From positions 1 to 43,426 of IMG/VR virus record IMGVR_UViG_3300019458_000014: a stretch of 43,426 nucleotides of DNA; one strand, written 5' to 3'. A program made the position numbers and the translations under genes. This stretch comes from a virus. The notes under the pieces are model-generated. The model saw only the letters and a list, made by a program, of their open reading frames with translations. It made no database searches and was not told the DNA's origin. Every line of letters begins with the position of its first letter. The stretch's first letter is position 1. Below, one piece after another: positions 25,301 to 34,401 of this stretch.

Positions 25301-28300
25301 GTCCCTACCTCGCCCCACGCTCCCCAGGATGCGATTGCCCATCGGATCCGTCCCGTATTGATGAACCAGCACGTGCCACCAGTAATCGTCGAAGTTGTCC
25401 GCGTCACGACCGATCGCGTCCCAGCGGCCTGGCCGGAGCTGCCCGAACACACGGCGAAGAGCGTCGTCGGATTGGGTGAGCACGTGTGAGGCGGCAGCCC
25501 CGGCGTTCACGAGCTGCTCGTTCGGGATGCCCGGCAGCGCGAACGTCATGATGCCCTCGTCGATCCGCCGCTGGGCCTCGAGCGCCTGGGTCGCGTTCTT
25601 GGCCGCGTCGCCTCGCACCCGGAGCTTTCCGGCGTCGATGCCGATCGCCGCGAGCTGACGCGGGTACGTGGTGGCGATCGTGAGCGCAGCCTGGCGCATC
25701 TGGTCGTCCCACGCCCCGCCCGTGAGGATCACGTCGGCGAGGGCGCCACCCCGGTCTTGGTGGTCCGGGTTGAAGCCGATGTCGTCGATGATCCCCCGGT
25801 GGGTCCGGTCGTTCAGGAACAAGATCGCGTCCTCGAGCTCCTGACCGCGCTGACCTGGCGCCTCCGGGAGCTTGAAGCCGACGGGGAGCCGCTGCGGCTC
25901 GTTCATCCCGAGGCGAGCGAGCAGGGGCCCCGACCGCTTGCCGGTCTGGAGCCGGCGCATGAGCCCGACGGTCGCGAGGAACCGGCTCTGCTCCTCGATC
26001 CCGACCACGCGCAGGATGTATGCCGGGCGGAGCACCGCGAGCGGCTTCCACACGGCGAGGAAGGCCTGCGAGATGAGCAGGTCGGCCGCCCGGTCCACAC
26101 CACGGCGGATCGGCAGGATCGCCTTGGCGGAGCGGGCCGAGGCGATCGCCTCCGTGAGTCGTGCGACCTCGGCGTCGTTGTTCGCCGCCTTCGCCGCCTT
26201 GAGCGCGCGTTCGAGCTCCGGGACGTTGCCGAGGTTCCCGAGGGTCACGCGCTGAGCCCGCGTCCACTTGCGGAGTGTTCCCATGATCTCGGCGATCCCG
26301 AGCTCGTAGAGCACCGGGTCAAGCATCTCGTAGGTGTTGTCGAACTGCGACCGCAGGAACGGCTGGAACTCGCTCGTAACGCTCGTGATGCCCGCCTCGG
26401 CATCCCGGATGGCCTGCTCGAGCGCCTCGCGCTCTTCACGACCGGCGCCCCGAAGCGCCCGCCGGAGGCCCCGGATCCTGATGCGCTCGGCCTCGGTGCC
26501 CGCAAAGGCTGCGAAGGTCTGGCGCCTCCCGCCCGTCCCGCCACCATAGATCTTCTGTAGGTGCTGGACGATGCGAGCCGAGAGCGCCGCGTCGATGCCG
26601 TACTTGGCGTTCTTGCGCTCCCGGATGCGGGCGTTCCACTCGCCCACGACCCGCTTGAAGTCGGTCTCTCTGGTCGGGTTGCGTCGGTCGACGGCGGCCG
26701 CGAACTGCGTCTTGGCTCGAGCGATCTCATCCGGCGAGGCGACCTTGGAGCGGATCAGGGCGCGCTCGAAGTCGCGAACGACATCGGCATCTTCGATCTC
26801 GAACACGATCCGCGATCCGTAGCGACGCGGGTTCGTCTGGGGAAGCGCCCGGATGGTCCGGCCGATGTCGGTGCCGGCGAACTCGGTCGTCCGCAGCCAG
26901 TTGTTGAACCGGGCAAGCGAGGCACCGGTCAGGCGCCCGCCGGCGATATGGGGGATCTCGAGCATCCTGACGACCCCCCCGGCGAAATCAGCCGCCGCGT
27001 CGTCGAGCACCTGCAACGCCTGGCCAGCCTCTCTGGTCCGGCGCTGCGCCGCGGCCGTCGCCGAGGCCGGCACGCCCATCGTGGTCGCGAACGTCCGGTG
27101 AAGCGCCTCGGTCCGCTGGACGCGAAGCACACGGTCAAGCTCCAGGATGTCCTCGGCGAAGGTCCCCGCCTTGGGCCGCACCCCCATCGCCGTTGCGAGG
27201 AGACCACGGATCGCGGCGTCGCGCTGCTCACCCGACAGGCCGAGCTTCCGGGCCGTCCGGTTGAACTCCCAGACCCGGCTCGCCGTAGCGGCGTCGATGC
27301 CCGACCCGACACCGAACCATCGCCGGTAGTTGTTGACAGCGCGGTCGAACATCGCTTCCGGCCGCCGCGCACGGTCGGCCTCGCGACGGAGATACTGCGC
27401 GATCGTCACGTCTTTCAGATCGCCTATCCGGCGAGCCGGCTGATCCAAGAACTGGTTGACGCGCGAGATGTACTCAGCACTCGAGGCCGTGCCGACTCGG
27501 CCCGAGATCAGATGTGAGGCCTTGACGCCCGAGCGCCAGCGCAAGCCCCACATGAGCGGGTCGACCTTGCCGCCAAGGATCAGGTCGGCCACGGCCGTCG
27601 CCCACATCGGCACACCTGCGTCCTCGTGGAGCTCCGTGTACACGTTGGTCCGGCCCAAGATGATGTCCCGGGAGTCGCGAAGGGCCTCCGCGATCCTCGG
27701 CAGGTCCGGCTCGTCCGTGAGGTGATACGACGGGTCAACCAGAGCCCGCGTGTGCCGCCCGATGTCCCCGAACGCGTCGACGACCTCCCCGAACACCACC
27801 CGCTCGATCGCCCCGACCCCCCGCGAAAGCAAGTCCAACGTCGTCCCGACCGATCGACCGACGAACGTGTCAGTGAACGGAAGCTCTGCTCGCTCGGCGA
27901 TCTCCTTGCCCGCCTTGATGTAGTCGGACTGGGCGTCCTCGAGGACCGAGAGCCAGTCGCCAGGAGATGCCAACCCTGAGAGCACGGTCTCCGCGAACCG
28001 CTGTTGGGCCTCGATGCCTCGGATCTGCGACGGGTCGACGTAGCTCGTCTGCTGTGCGCTCTCGAGGGCAAGCTGGGCCGGAGATATCTCCTCCGTCCGA
28101 GGCTTCACCGCCTGCAGCTCACCGGTCCCGGCGAACACGGGTCGGGAGATGGTCTCCTCGTGCATCTTCAAGACCTCGCCGAGCCGAGGGTCCAGGGCGG
28201 TCGCGACGTCCCCGAGCGTGCGGACCTCTCGGCCCCGGAGCGCGGCCTGGTGAGCGGCGGCGACCTGCAACTGCGGGGTGAGCCCGGGGAGCCTCGCCGT

Positions 28301-28915
28301 GTACTCGAGGTTCTCTCGAAGGAGCGCCAGCTCCACGTCCGACCGAGCGATGTCGAGCGCCGCACCCATCGCTTGAACGAGCTCGAACCGTTCCCCCCTG
28401 ACCGGTGCGAACGCACGCAGCACCTTGGCGACGCGGGCCGGGTCGACCACCATCATCCCCGTCGTCCCCACCCCATGACCGGTCGCAGCTGACGGCGGCG
28501 GCTCGGCCTCGGTAAGGATCGACCGCAGGACCCGCCGCACCATGCGGGTCTCGTCGATCGGGTAGAACCGACGCGCGGTCTCGAGCGTGATCGGCCCACC
28601 GGTCACCGGGTCGGTGTACAGACCGGTGTGGAGGCTCGCCACGCCTGTTCGACTCGACACGACCGACGCACGGTAGGGCTCGAACAGGAAGGAAGGATCC
28701 AGGTCGAATCGACGAGACAGAAGCTTGGCCGCTCGGGTGAGGTCCTGGGCGTTCCACTGCGTCTGCGCGAGCGCCAGTGTCATCCGACTCGGGAGCGTGC
28801 CGCGCGAGGCTCGTTCGACGTCGGAGATGCGCCGGGGAACGTCCGCCCGATACAGATCGAGCAGCTCGGGGCTCTCGCGCTGTTCCGCGCGCAGGATCGA
28901 TTCGGGGATCGACAC
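22346..28915 (-). CDS. Giant protein, 2189 aa, unknown function (internal virion / ejection protein candidate)
   Basis: Uninterrupted 6.6-kb ORF with consistent GC3 bias, between portal and scaffold. No enzymatic motif recognised by eye. Confidence 0.85.
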   Translation of the reverse strand: MSIPESILRAEQRESPELLDLYRADVPRRISDVERASRGTLPSRMTLALAQTQWNAQDLTRAAKLLSRRFDLDPSFLFEPYRASVVSSRTGVASLHTGLYTDPVTGGPITLETARRFYPIDETRMVRRVLRSILTEAEPPPSAATGHGVGTTGMMVVDPARVAKVLRAFAPVRGERFELVQAMGAALDIARSDVELALLRENLEYTARLPGLTPQLQVAAAHQAALRGREVRTLGDVATALDPRLGEVLKMHEETISRPVFAGTGELQAVKPRTEEISPAQLALESAQQTSYVDPSQIRGIEAQQRFAETVLSGLASPGDWLSVLEDAQSDYIKAGKEIAERAELPFTDTFVGRSVGTTLDLLSRGVGAIERVVFGEVVDAFGDIGRHTRALVDPSYHLTDEPDLPRIAEALRDSRDIILGRTNVYTELHEDAGVPMWATAVADLILGGKVDPLMWGLRWRSGVKASHLISGRVGTASSAEYISRVNQFLDQPARRIGDLKDVTIAQYLRREADRARRPEAMFDRAVNNYRRWFGVGSGIDAATASRVWEFNRTARKLGLSGEQRDAAIRGLLATAMGVRPKAGTFAEDILELDRVLRVQRTEALHRTFATTMGVPASATAAAQRRTREAGQALQVLDDAAADFAGGVVRMLEIPHIAGGRLTGASLARFNNWLRTTEFAGTDIGRTIRALPQTNPRRYGSRIVFEIEDADVVRDFERALIRSKVASPDEIARAKTQFAAAVDRRNPTRETDFKRVVGEWNARIRERKNAKYGIDAALSARIVQHLQKIYGGGTGGRRQTFAAFAGTEAERIRIRGLRRALRGAGREEREALEQAIRDAEAGITSVTSEFQPFLRSQFDNTYEMLDPVLYELGIAEIMGTLRKWTRAQRVTLGNLGNVPELERALKAAKAANNDAEVARLTEAIASARSAKAILPIRRGVDRAADLLISQAFLAVWKPLAVLRPAYILRVVGIEEQSRFLATVGLMRRLQTGKRSGPLLARLGMNEPQRLPVGFKLPEAPGQRGQELEDAILFLNDRTHRGIIDDIGFNPDHQDRGGALADVILTGGAWDDQMRQAALTIATTYPRQLAAIGIDAGKLRVRGDAAKNATQALEAQRRIDEGIMTFALPGIPNEQLVNAGAAASHVLTQSDDALRRVFGQLRPGRWDAIGRDADNFDDYWWHVLVHQYGTDPMGNRILGSVGRGRDTEDIVDDIMRWLKDTRGEGPSYAKGLLHGAEEVTDDLLEFEVRRAAAYAEDITAGHSELASAAAVNQLDISVLRAIPQGEKPLFVHGPEMAEFFTGQVGPFKRARDIMGRLILQTPTNTLSRQPYFKHWYDVTYRSLVENAREMGWSAEQIQRGLPGFRETARQQGISQVRRIMFDFSRTGRFEEMTRFGLVFVQPFLEFPLVWSRIIRQRPEVLGHALRLGRNAMQSGFVKRDPETGELVIPLSWWAGAAPLLAAFTGGRLKPGAGGGWELMANLSSFNLFAQGAFPVNLGGFAGTEFPIPVPSLAPPFQMAMQNWLASSNVNARLKARVESWLFQFGDINVVQPEALLPAWLRYGIETAFPDTARNTADFNATHFLQLQEAMGLEPNPELARRQSRKLAAARMFFAWVFPAAPKVEFPTVDLEREYRSLIELHGPLEGRTRFMATHEDLRLMTIARTFWDADDPNDPLASPVPIPANRAVAELLSTKGAREFAQLHPEWVWAIIPRELYEEGKFDPGIFFSQIAAGLRHVRSPEEFIAEGERQSGWDAFFTEDARYRALVDALAQQRIGEGDPGYDELKNDHDAALKEIRDLYPAWRTDFDSHSSEQVESRVMAIARELAKDKLFSKTEVGQWLRGFLPLFDLTRDRLSEANLRTLESKTAERLGIVADWEKGLKILGLAFPQGEQAYRLFFDRALKAGVRTVGDRLLDAIPEAAYDEKINPWWSEMEELRAAIDLSGPEEERNAAYAALRAWVNGSYDAFSTKQNPMILRWETWSPSEREGYLLSLVARSYQFNSRFDHETVLGEQTSAGAEQLWGMYEQVRLAIAEQEATDPAFSSTRAYAALDSWIRQQTAADPVFAAQVAHANTWGWSFEQVLNRRDDTWGFIGAEEARPYWDGLLDAVRQVQGVVERADLHGLEDTATKAIAYRTMIESVRSYVNQLREASPVFRAEWDWLDKENGPDSALEIFIPNTWYRLGGVPE

Positions 28916-28918
28916 GGC

Positions 28919-29278
28919 CTACCGGCCTTCGCGGATCTTGGCCACGTAGTCCCCGAGGCCCGGGGTTCCCGACGCTTCGAGGTCCTCGGCGACCCGCAAC
29001 ATGAACGTCCGCTCGTCCTCCGAGGACAGGCGCACGTAGTTGGGCCCGGACCCGAACGGGGCACCCGCCGTGATCGGCTCTTCGGGCCTGGACGACGGCG
29101 CCATGATGAACTCGTCGTAACCGTCGTTCAGCTCTTGAACCGGGCCCTCATCAGGGTTGCCGGGTGCCGGGCCCTCGGCGACGTCTGGAACCTGCGCGAG
29201 CCTGGCCAGATCCGCCGATGCCCCGTGAGGAGCGTCTTTGCCGGCTCGGATCGGCGGGGTCTGACCAGGCCTTGGCAC
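28919..29278 (-). CDS. Hypothetical protein, 119 aa
   Basis: ORF track. Abuts its neighbours. Confidence 0.6.
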   Translation of the reverse strand: MPRPGQTPPIRAGKDAPHGASADLARLAQVPDVAEGPAPGNPDEGPVQELNDGYDEFIMAPSSRPEEPITAGAPFGSGPNYVRLSSEDERTFMLRVAEDLEASGTPGLGDYVAKIREGR

Positions 29279-29707
29279 CTACGCCACCCGACGGATGTGC
29301 TCGACGATCATGGACAGCTGCTCGGCGCAGCCGTCGCAGCCGGGCTGGTACCCCTCCGGTGAGTGTCCGACCTCGGCCGACCGATGCACCCCGCAGGCGA
29401 CCGGGGAGTAGGGGATCTCCCGGTAGACGAGCTCCATCGCGCCCTTGGACGGTGCCTTCGGCGTGCGGAACGGCATCGCCGCGTCCTCGGCCTCCGGGTC
29501 CGCCTTCGGCACGTCGTGGGCCGTCACGTGACGAGCGAGGTCGACCTGGCCGTCCTCGTTCCGCTCGGTAGCGGCCTCCACGCGCACCTGCGCGTCGGCG
29601 GCCTTGGCCGACTCGATGGCTTCTTCGAGCTCGGCCTTCTTCATGCTGGGCGAGCCGGCGATCCCGAGCTCCGCCGCCTCGTGCTTCAGCTCCTCGACCG
29701 TTCCCAT
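29279..29707 (-). CDS. HeH/SAP (Rho-N-like) motif protein, 142 aa
   Basis: MGTVEELKHEAAELGIAGSPSMKKAELEEAIE motif. SD GGAAGGAG before ATG 29707. Confidence 0.6.
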   Translation of the reverse strand: MGTVEELKHEAAELGIAGSPSMKKAELEEAIESAKAADAQVRVEAATERNEDGQVDLARHVTAHDVPKADPEAEDAAMPFRTPKAPSKGAMELVYREIPYSPVACGVHRSAEVGHSPEGYQPGCDGCAEQLSMIVEHIRRVA

Positions 29708-29711
29708 GTGG

Positions 29712-31541
29712 TCATCTCCTTCCTGCTCGTAGGAGCTCCTGCGGTGGGAGTGGCACCGCCGGCGACTCCGCTTCCGGCGTTCCGAGCGCCGCGGCTGGGT
29801 TGGGTGCCCCCGGTGGGGCTGGGGGTCCGGGTGATGGACCCACCACCGGGGGCACGGGCGACTGCTCCTGGCGCTGTGCGGCAAGCGTCCGGGTCACAAG
29901 GTCCTTGAGCGCGACGCCCTCATCGAACGCGAGCACCGCCTCACCGATCGCGGACAGACCACCGCTCGCGGCAAGCTGCGCCAAGAACGCATCGCCGAGG
30001 TCCTGGGCGCGGACCCGGGCGAGCTCCTCGGCTGCCTCCTCGACGGTGGGATCCTGCTCGATGGCGGTCTCCCGCGACATCAGCTTGAGCGCGACCTTGT
30101 TCTGCGAGAGCACCGTATGGGTGGGGAGGTCCAGACCGGAGGCCGGCCCATAGGAGACCCAGGTCGACGTGTCGGTGATCTCGTCGGTATCGTAGGTCAT
30201 CGCGAAGCGCCGGCCCCTCGCGATCCCCGAAACCTTCTTCCCGGCGGCCGCGCACCACTTCCGGTCCTGCTCGAGCGCCGCCTCGTTGGCGACCTGCTTC
30301 ATGAGGGCGAAGCGGTCGTGGTAGTCCTGCACGACGTCGGAGAGCTTGCCCTGAGCCCGCGTCAAGAACGCGGCCGTAGCCTTGTTGAGCTGGGTCTCGC
30401 CCTCACGCGCGGTCGGCTTGATCGCACCCTCGCGGCTCTCGGCCTCGAGCTGGGCGAGCACCTGCAGGGCCGCGACCGACGGCGCGTCGGGACCGATCGG
30501 CTTCATGAAGGCGTCAGGGCCCATCGCGAAGTACGTCTGGTTCGGCCCGCGCTCGGTAGGGTTCTTCACCTGCCACACGAGCTTTCCGCCGTAGACCATC
30601 TGAACGAAGTAATCAACGAGCATGTGCCAGTACCGGTTGCGTGTTTGCACCGGGCCCTTCGAGTCGTCAAGGAGCCCCTGTGGCTCCGAGCCCCAGCTCG
30701 GGCGGTAGGCGATCTGCACCGGGCAGACGTGCGTGTCGTTCGCCATCCAGAACAGCAACTCGGTCGAGTCGCGGCCCTCGCCGTCGCGATAGATCGCAGC
30801 CTTGGCGATGTAGTCGCACGAGTACCAGTCGACCACCTTCACCGTGGGCATCTTCATCTCGCGCACGGCCGCGGCCATCGAGGCGATGTCGTACGCGTAG
30901 GTGCTCGCCGCCCAGCGGGAGTCGCCGCGCCCGATCTTCTGGGCGAGCCGAGCATGGGCCTCGGGGAACAGCTTGGCGAGCTTGAGGGCCGGCCACTCCT
31001 CGGCGACCGCCGCGTACTCGGTCGGGCGGTCCACGCCCCACTCCTGTTCGGGCAGCACGCAGAGCGGATCGATCCGGGTGAACACCGGGAATCGTTCGGC
31101 TCCCCGGTAGCCCTTCTGCGGCCAGATCCGCATCGCCGTGTAGCCAGCGGCCGGGAGGTCCATGCCGTGGGCGTTCAGACTGAACCGGAGATGCGACCGC
31201 TCGTCGTAGCCGACCACGATCCGCTCACGACGCTCCGCGGCGTCCTCGTCGGGGTGCCCCTCGGGGAACACGCGAGTCATGGGGTACACCTTGGCGAACA
31301 GGCGCCCGATGTCCTCGATCTGATCGCGGAAGAAGTTGGCGATCAGCGGCAGGTTCACCCGCGACACGTCCGAGCCGTAGACGTCCCACCACCGGTTCTC
31401 CACGAGGGCCCGGATGTCGGCCTGGCGGGACCTGAGGCCGTTCCAGTGAGCTTCGAGGATCCGATACCGCTCACGGACCTCTTCGGCCACGTCGGAGCCG
31501 TTCGGCGGCGCAGCGAGCGGGTAGGTCGCCATCGCGCCCAT
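29712..31541 (-). CDS. Portal protein, 609 aa
   Basis: Size and position immediately downstream of the terminase. No motif proof. Confidence 0.65.
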   Translation of the reverse strand: MGAMATYPLAAPPNGSDVAEEVRERYRILEAHWNGLRSRQADIRALVENRWWDVYGSDVSRVNLPLIANFFRDQIEDIGRLFAKVYPMTRVFPEGHPDEDAAERRERIVVGYDERSHLRFSLNAHGMDLPAAGYTAMRIWPQKGYRGAERFPVFTRIDPLCVLPEQEWGVDRPTEYAAVAEEWPALKLAKLFPEAHARLAQKIGRGDSRWAASTYAYDIASMAAAVREMKMPTVKVVDWYSCDYIAKAAIYRDGEGRDSTELLFWMANDTHVCPVQIAYRPSWGSEPQGLLDDSKGPVQTRNRYWHMLVDYFVQMVYGGKLVWQVKNPTERGPNQTYFAMGPDAFMKPIGPDAPSVAALQVLAQLEAESREGAIKPTAREGETQLNKATAAFLTRAQGKLSDVVQDYHDRFALMKQVANEAALEQDRKWCAAAGKKVSGIARGRRFAMTYDTDEITDTSTWVSYGPASGLDLPTHTVLSQNKVALKLMSRETAIEQDPTVEEAAEELARVRAQDLGDAFLAQLAASGGLSAIGEAVLAFDEGVALKDLVTRTLAAQRQEQSPVPPVVGPSPGPPAPPGAPNPAAALGTPEAESPAVPLPPQELLRAGRR

Positions 31542-31544
31542 CGT

Positions 31545-33755
31545 CTAGCGGCGCGTCAAGCCGGCGAGCCGCTCCTCGGCCCATCTCGGGGCGGGCTGGC
31601 GCATCCGCTGGGAGACCCACGAGATCTGGTCGTCGTCGTCGTAGTCGTCGGCGGCCGCCTCCGCGGCCAGATGCGCGACGAGCAGGGGATCGGATCGGAA
31701 CGCGTAGAACCAGTGACCCATCACGAGGTCCCACGTCGAGCCCTCCGGCCAGGCGCAGGCCTCCTTGATGAACTGGTCGGCGAACGCCCGCTCCTCGCCG
31801 CCACCGTACGGGATCCGCACGCGCCCGAACTGGTAGATGGGGCCCAGCATCTCGACGCCGCGATCGGGGTCGGGCTTGGTCTGCTTGGTCGTCGAGTGCG
31901 GCACGAGCGCGACGCCGCGCTCGGAGCACCAGGTCTGCACGAACTCGTACTGGGTGAGCCAGCGTTGCTGCGATTGATGCTCGACCACGAGGTAGGTCGG
32001 TAGCACCCCCTCGCCTTCGTCGCGCGCCGCCTCGTACCACTCGTGGAGCAGGCCGCTGTAGGTTCCGTCGGGGTTCCGATAGAGCAGGTCGGGCGCCTGC
32101 ATGATGGCACGCTTGCCCCGGTAAACCTGGTGAACGCGATCGGCCCATCCGACGATGTGCTGGACCGACCACCACTTCGCGCCCGACGGGTCGACGGTGA
32201 TCATCGAAAGCGCCGGGGCCTCGGGCCGGAACAGTTGGCCGAAGCGGAGCCCGTGCTCGAGGCACCCCGGGGAGATCGCGCCTTTGGAGTCGCGACCGCC
32301 CTCGAACCAGACGCGCTGTGCCAGGAAGCCCACGGGATCCACGTCGGCCTGTTGCCACACGAGCTCGAATCGCCGGCTGTTGCCCATCGCCTTCCGCAGC
32401 CGCCGCCAGGACGTCCGCACAGGATCGAGCAGGCACCCATCGGGCCACGGCCCGCCGTGCGTGAGCTTCACACGGCCATCGACCTCGGCCCGCTCGCAGC
32501 GGCTCTCGTCGTGTGCCGGGAGCGCGATGTGCTCGTAGATTGGCCGGGGCTGGCCGAGCTCGTCCGTCTCCTCATCGTCGAGCTGCTGACGGACCTGCCA
32601 CGACAGGTCCTCCGGCCCGTAGCGCGCGTTCGACAGCACGAGCAGGCCATCGGGTTCGAGGCGTGTCTCGGCCTCCTGATCCCACCAGTCGAACATCTTC
32701 TCGCGCTGGTCGGCGTTCGCGGCATTGGACTTGTCGATCAGGTCGTCCCAGACCATCACGTCGGGTCTGACCGACAGGATCGACTTCTCGTAGGAGGCCG
32801 AGTTGAACGTCGCCTCCTTCTGCTGCAGATCCGACCAGCGGAGCGGCTGTACGTCCAGAGCCTCGTTCGACCACCGAGTGCCGGCGCGGTCGGGCTTGAA
32901 CCGCCCGTATCGTCGGATCAGCTCGGCGTTGGACTCCATCGTCCGCCGGAGCCGGTGGATGTAGAGCTTCGCCTTGTCGTCGGACCGGTGCCCGAGCACG
33001 AACACGAGCTCGATGCCCTTGGACCGCACCAGGGTCTCGAGCCAGAGACACCAGTCATGGGTGATGACGGTCGACTTGCCGAGACCCGGGTTGAAGTTGC
33101 AGACCGCATACTGCTCGCCCGGCATGAAGAAGAGCTCCGTCAGACGGGTTGCGCACATCGTCGCCCACGGCGGCGAGGAGCGACCGAAGATCTCCGGGCG
33201 AAACAGCGCGAAGTCGTCGAGCACCGTGCGCGACTCGTCGTCGAGCTCGTCGTAGGGGATCGGGTCGTTCGACTTGGCCCGCGCGAGCTTCGCGAGCTGC
33301 TCGTCCGTGGTGGCCTCGAGCTCACCCTCCTTCCGCCACTTGGCCCGCCAGCGCTCCACGGTGTCGACGCTCATCACCATCATCTCGGCGACGTAGACCG
33401 CCGTGTGACCCTCGCGCAGCATCGCCAGGACCTCGGGGCCAATCTTGGCCCGGTCGGCTCGGCGGATCTTGCGGTTCGGCGGCGGTGCCGGCGTGGCCGG
33501 ACGACCGAACGTCGGCTTCGGCGGCAGGCCGTCGGGCATCGGGGGGAGCTCGTCGGGTGCGTGATACTCGCCAAGACGGAAGTTGAACTGCCGGCGGGCC
33601 CTCGCGTCGTGAACCCACTTCTCGCACGCGCCGCGACTCACCGTTCCCCTGAGCTCGAGTTCCTCCCAGAGCCTCGCCACGCCGATCTTACCCTTGCGCT
33701 CCGCGTAGGTGGTGAGGAAGGCATCGCGGATCTCGCGTGGGATGATCTTCGGCAT
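31545..33755 (-). CDS. terL: Terminase large subunit with about 190-aa N-terminal double-HTH (small-subunit-like) extension, 736 aa
   Basis: Walker A NFNPGLGKST, Walker B PDVMVWDDLID. HTH-like segments in the N-terminal part. No separate small-subunit ORF seen. Confidence 0.8.
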   Translation of the reverse strand: MPKIIPREIRDAFLTTYAERKGKIGVARLWEELELRGTVSRGACEKWVHDARARRQFNFRLGEYHAPDELPPMPDGLPPKPTFGRPATPAPPPNRKIRRADRAKIGPEVLAMLREGHTAVYVAEMMVMSVDTVERWRAKWRKEGELEATTDEQLAKLARAKSNDPIPYDELDDESRTVLDDFALFRPEIFGRSSPPWATMCATRLTELFFMPGEQYAVCNFNPGLGKSTVITHDWCLWLETLVRSKGIELVFVLGHRSDDKAKLYIHRLRRTMESNAELIRRYGRFKPDRAGTRWSNEALDVQPLRWSDLQQKEATFNSASYEKSILSVRPDVMVWDDLIDKSNAANADQREKMFDWWDQEAETRLEPDGLLVLSNARYGPEDLSWQVRQQLDDEETDELGQPRPIYEHIALPAHDESRCERAEVDGRVKLTHGGPWPDGCLLDPVRTSWRRLRKAMGNSRRFELVWQQADVDPVGFLAQRVWFEGGRDSKGAISPGCLEHGLRFGQLFRPEAPALSMITVDPSGAKWWSVQHIVGWADRVHQVYRGKRAIMQAPDLLYRNPDGTYSGLLHEWYEAARDEGEGVLPTYLVVEHQSQQRWLTQYEFVQTWCSERGVALVPHSTTKQTKPDPDRGVEMLGPIYQFGRVRIPYGGGEERAFADQFIKEACAWPEGSTWDLVMGHWFYAFRSDPLLVAHLAAEAAADDYDDDDQISWVSQRMRQPAPRWAEERLAGLTRR

Positions 33756-34223
33756 CTAAGACCAGTAGCCCCGCGCGTGAAGGGCCAGGGTCATCCTCCG
33801 AGAGAGCTCCGAGTAGATGTGGGCGAATCGCTCCTCGTCCGGCGTCGCGCTCGTCCCGAAGTTCGCTGCTCGCCAGCGACGATCGCGTCCTCGCTCGCGC
33901 CAGTACGCGAGCGCGGCATGGATGAGCTCATGGGCGACGATTGATCCCCCGAGGTACTCACGGTTGAGCAGGATGAAGCCGATCCGAGGCGACATAGCGA
34001 CAAGGCGACCCCGGCGATCCACGGTCCACTCGGTCCGCGGAGCACAGAGCGCCACGGCGTCGGAACCGAAAGCCTGGCGCGTTCGACGATCGAGTTCCTG
34101 CGACATCAGCGACGACCGGTCCCAGTGCCGGCGCATCTCGCTCACCGTGTCGAAGATCCGGACCTCGAAGTACATATGCCCGCCGCGGTCGTCGTGCCCG
34201 ACCCGGAACCGGTCGAAACTCAC
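33756..34223 (-). CDS. HExxH zinc-metallopeptidase-like protein, 155 aa
   Basis: GGSIVAHELIHAALAY motif. GTG 34223 preceded by GGAGG. Confidence 0.55.
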   Translation of the reverse strand: MSFDRFRVGHDDRGGHMYFEVRIFDTVSEMRRHWDRSSLMSQELDRRTRQAFGSDAVALCAPRTEWTVDRRGRLVAMSPRIGFILLNREYLGGSIVAHELIHAALAYWRERGRDRRWRAANFGTSATPDEERFAHIYSELSRRMTLALHARGYWS

Positions 34224-34369
34224 CTGCGCCTCCGGCGCATCCGATGACGACCGTGACGGCGGTGGAACACCCACGAGCGGATCCGGACGCCCACGGGAGG
34301 CATCCGATGGTCGATCTCGAACAGACCGATCAGCACGCCGGCGACGACGGACAGCAACACGAGCAGCAC
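34220..34369 (-). CDS. Small membrane protein, 49 aa
   Basis: Hand translation VLLVLLSVVAGVLIGLFEIDHRMPPVGVRIRSWVFHRRHGRHRMRRRRR*. GTGA overlap downstream. Confidence 0.4.
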   Translation of the reverse strand: MLLVLLSVVAGVLIGLFEIDHRMPPVGVRIRSWVFHRRHGRHRMRRRRR

Positions 34370-34401
34370 GACGAGCTCCCGCCAGGTGTCGCCGAGACCG
34401 G

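Noticed and set aside
22346-28915. Giant ORF as an N4-like virion RNA polymerase, or as a tape measure protein
   Set aside because: No T/DxxGR, Rx3Kx7YG or DxDGD-type polymerase motifs were found by eye. Its position upstream of the scaffold and capsid genes and its lack of TMP-like repeats argue against a tape measure. Function left unknown.
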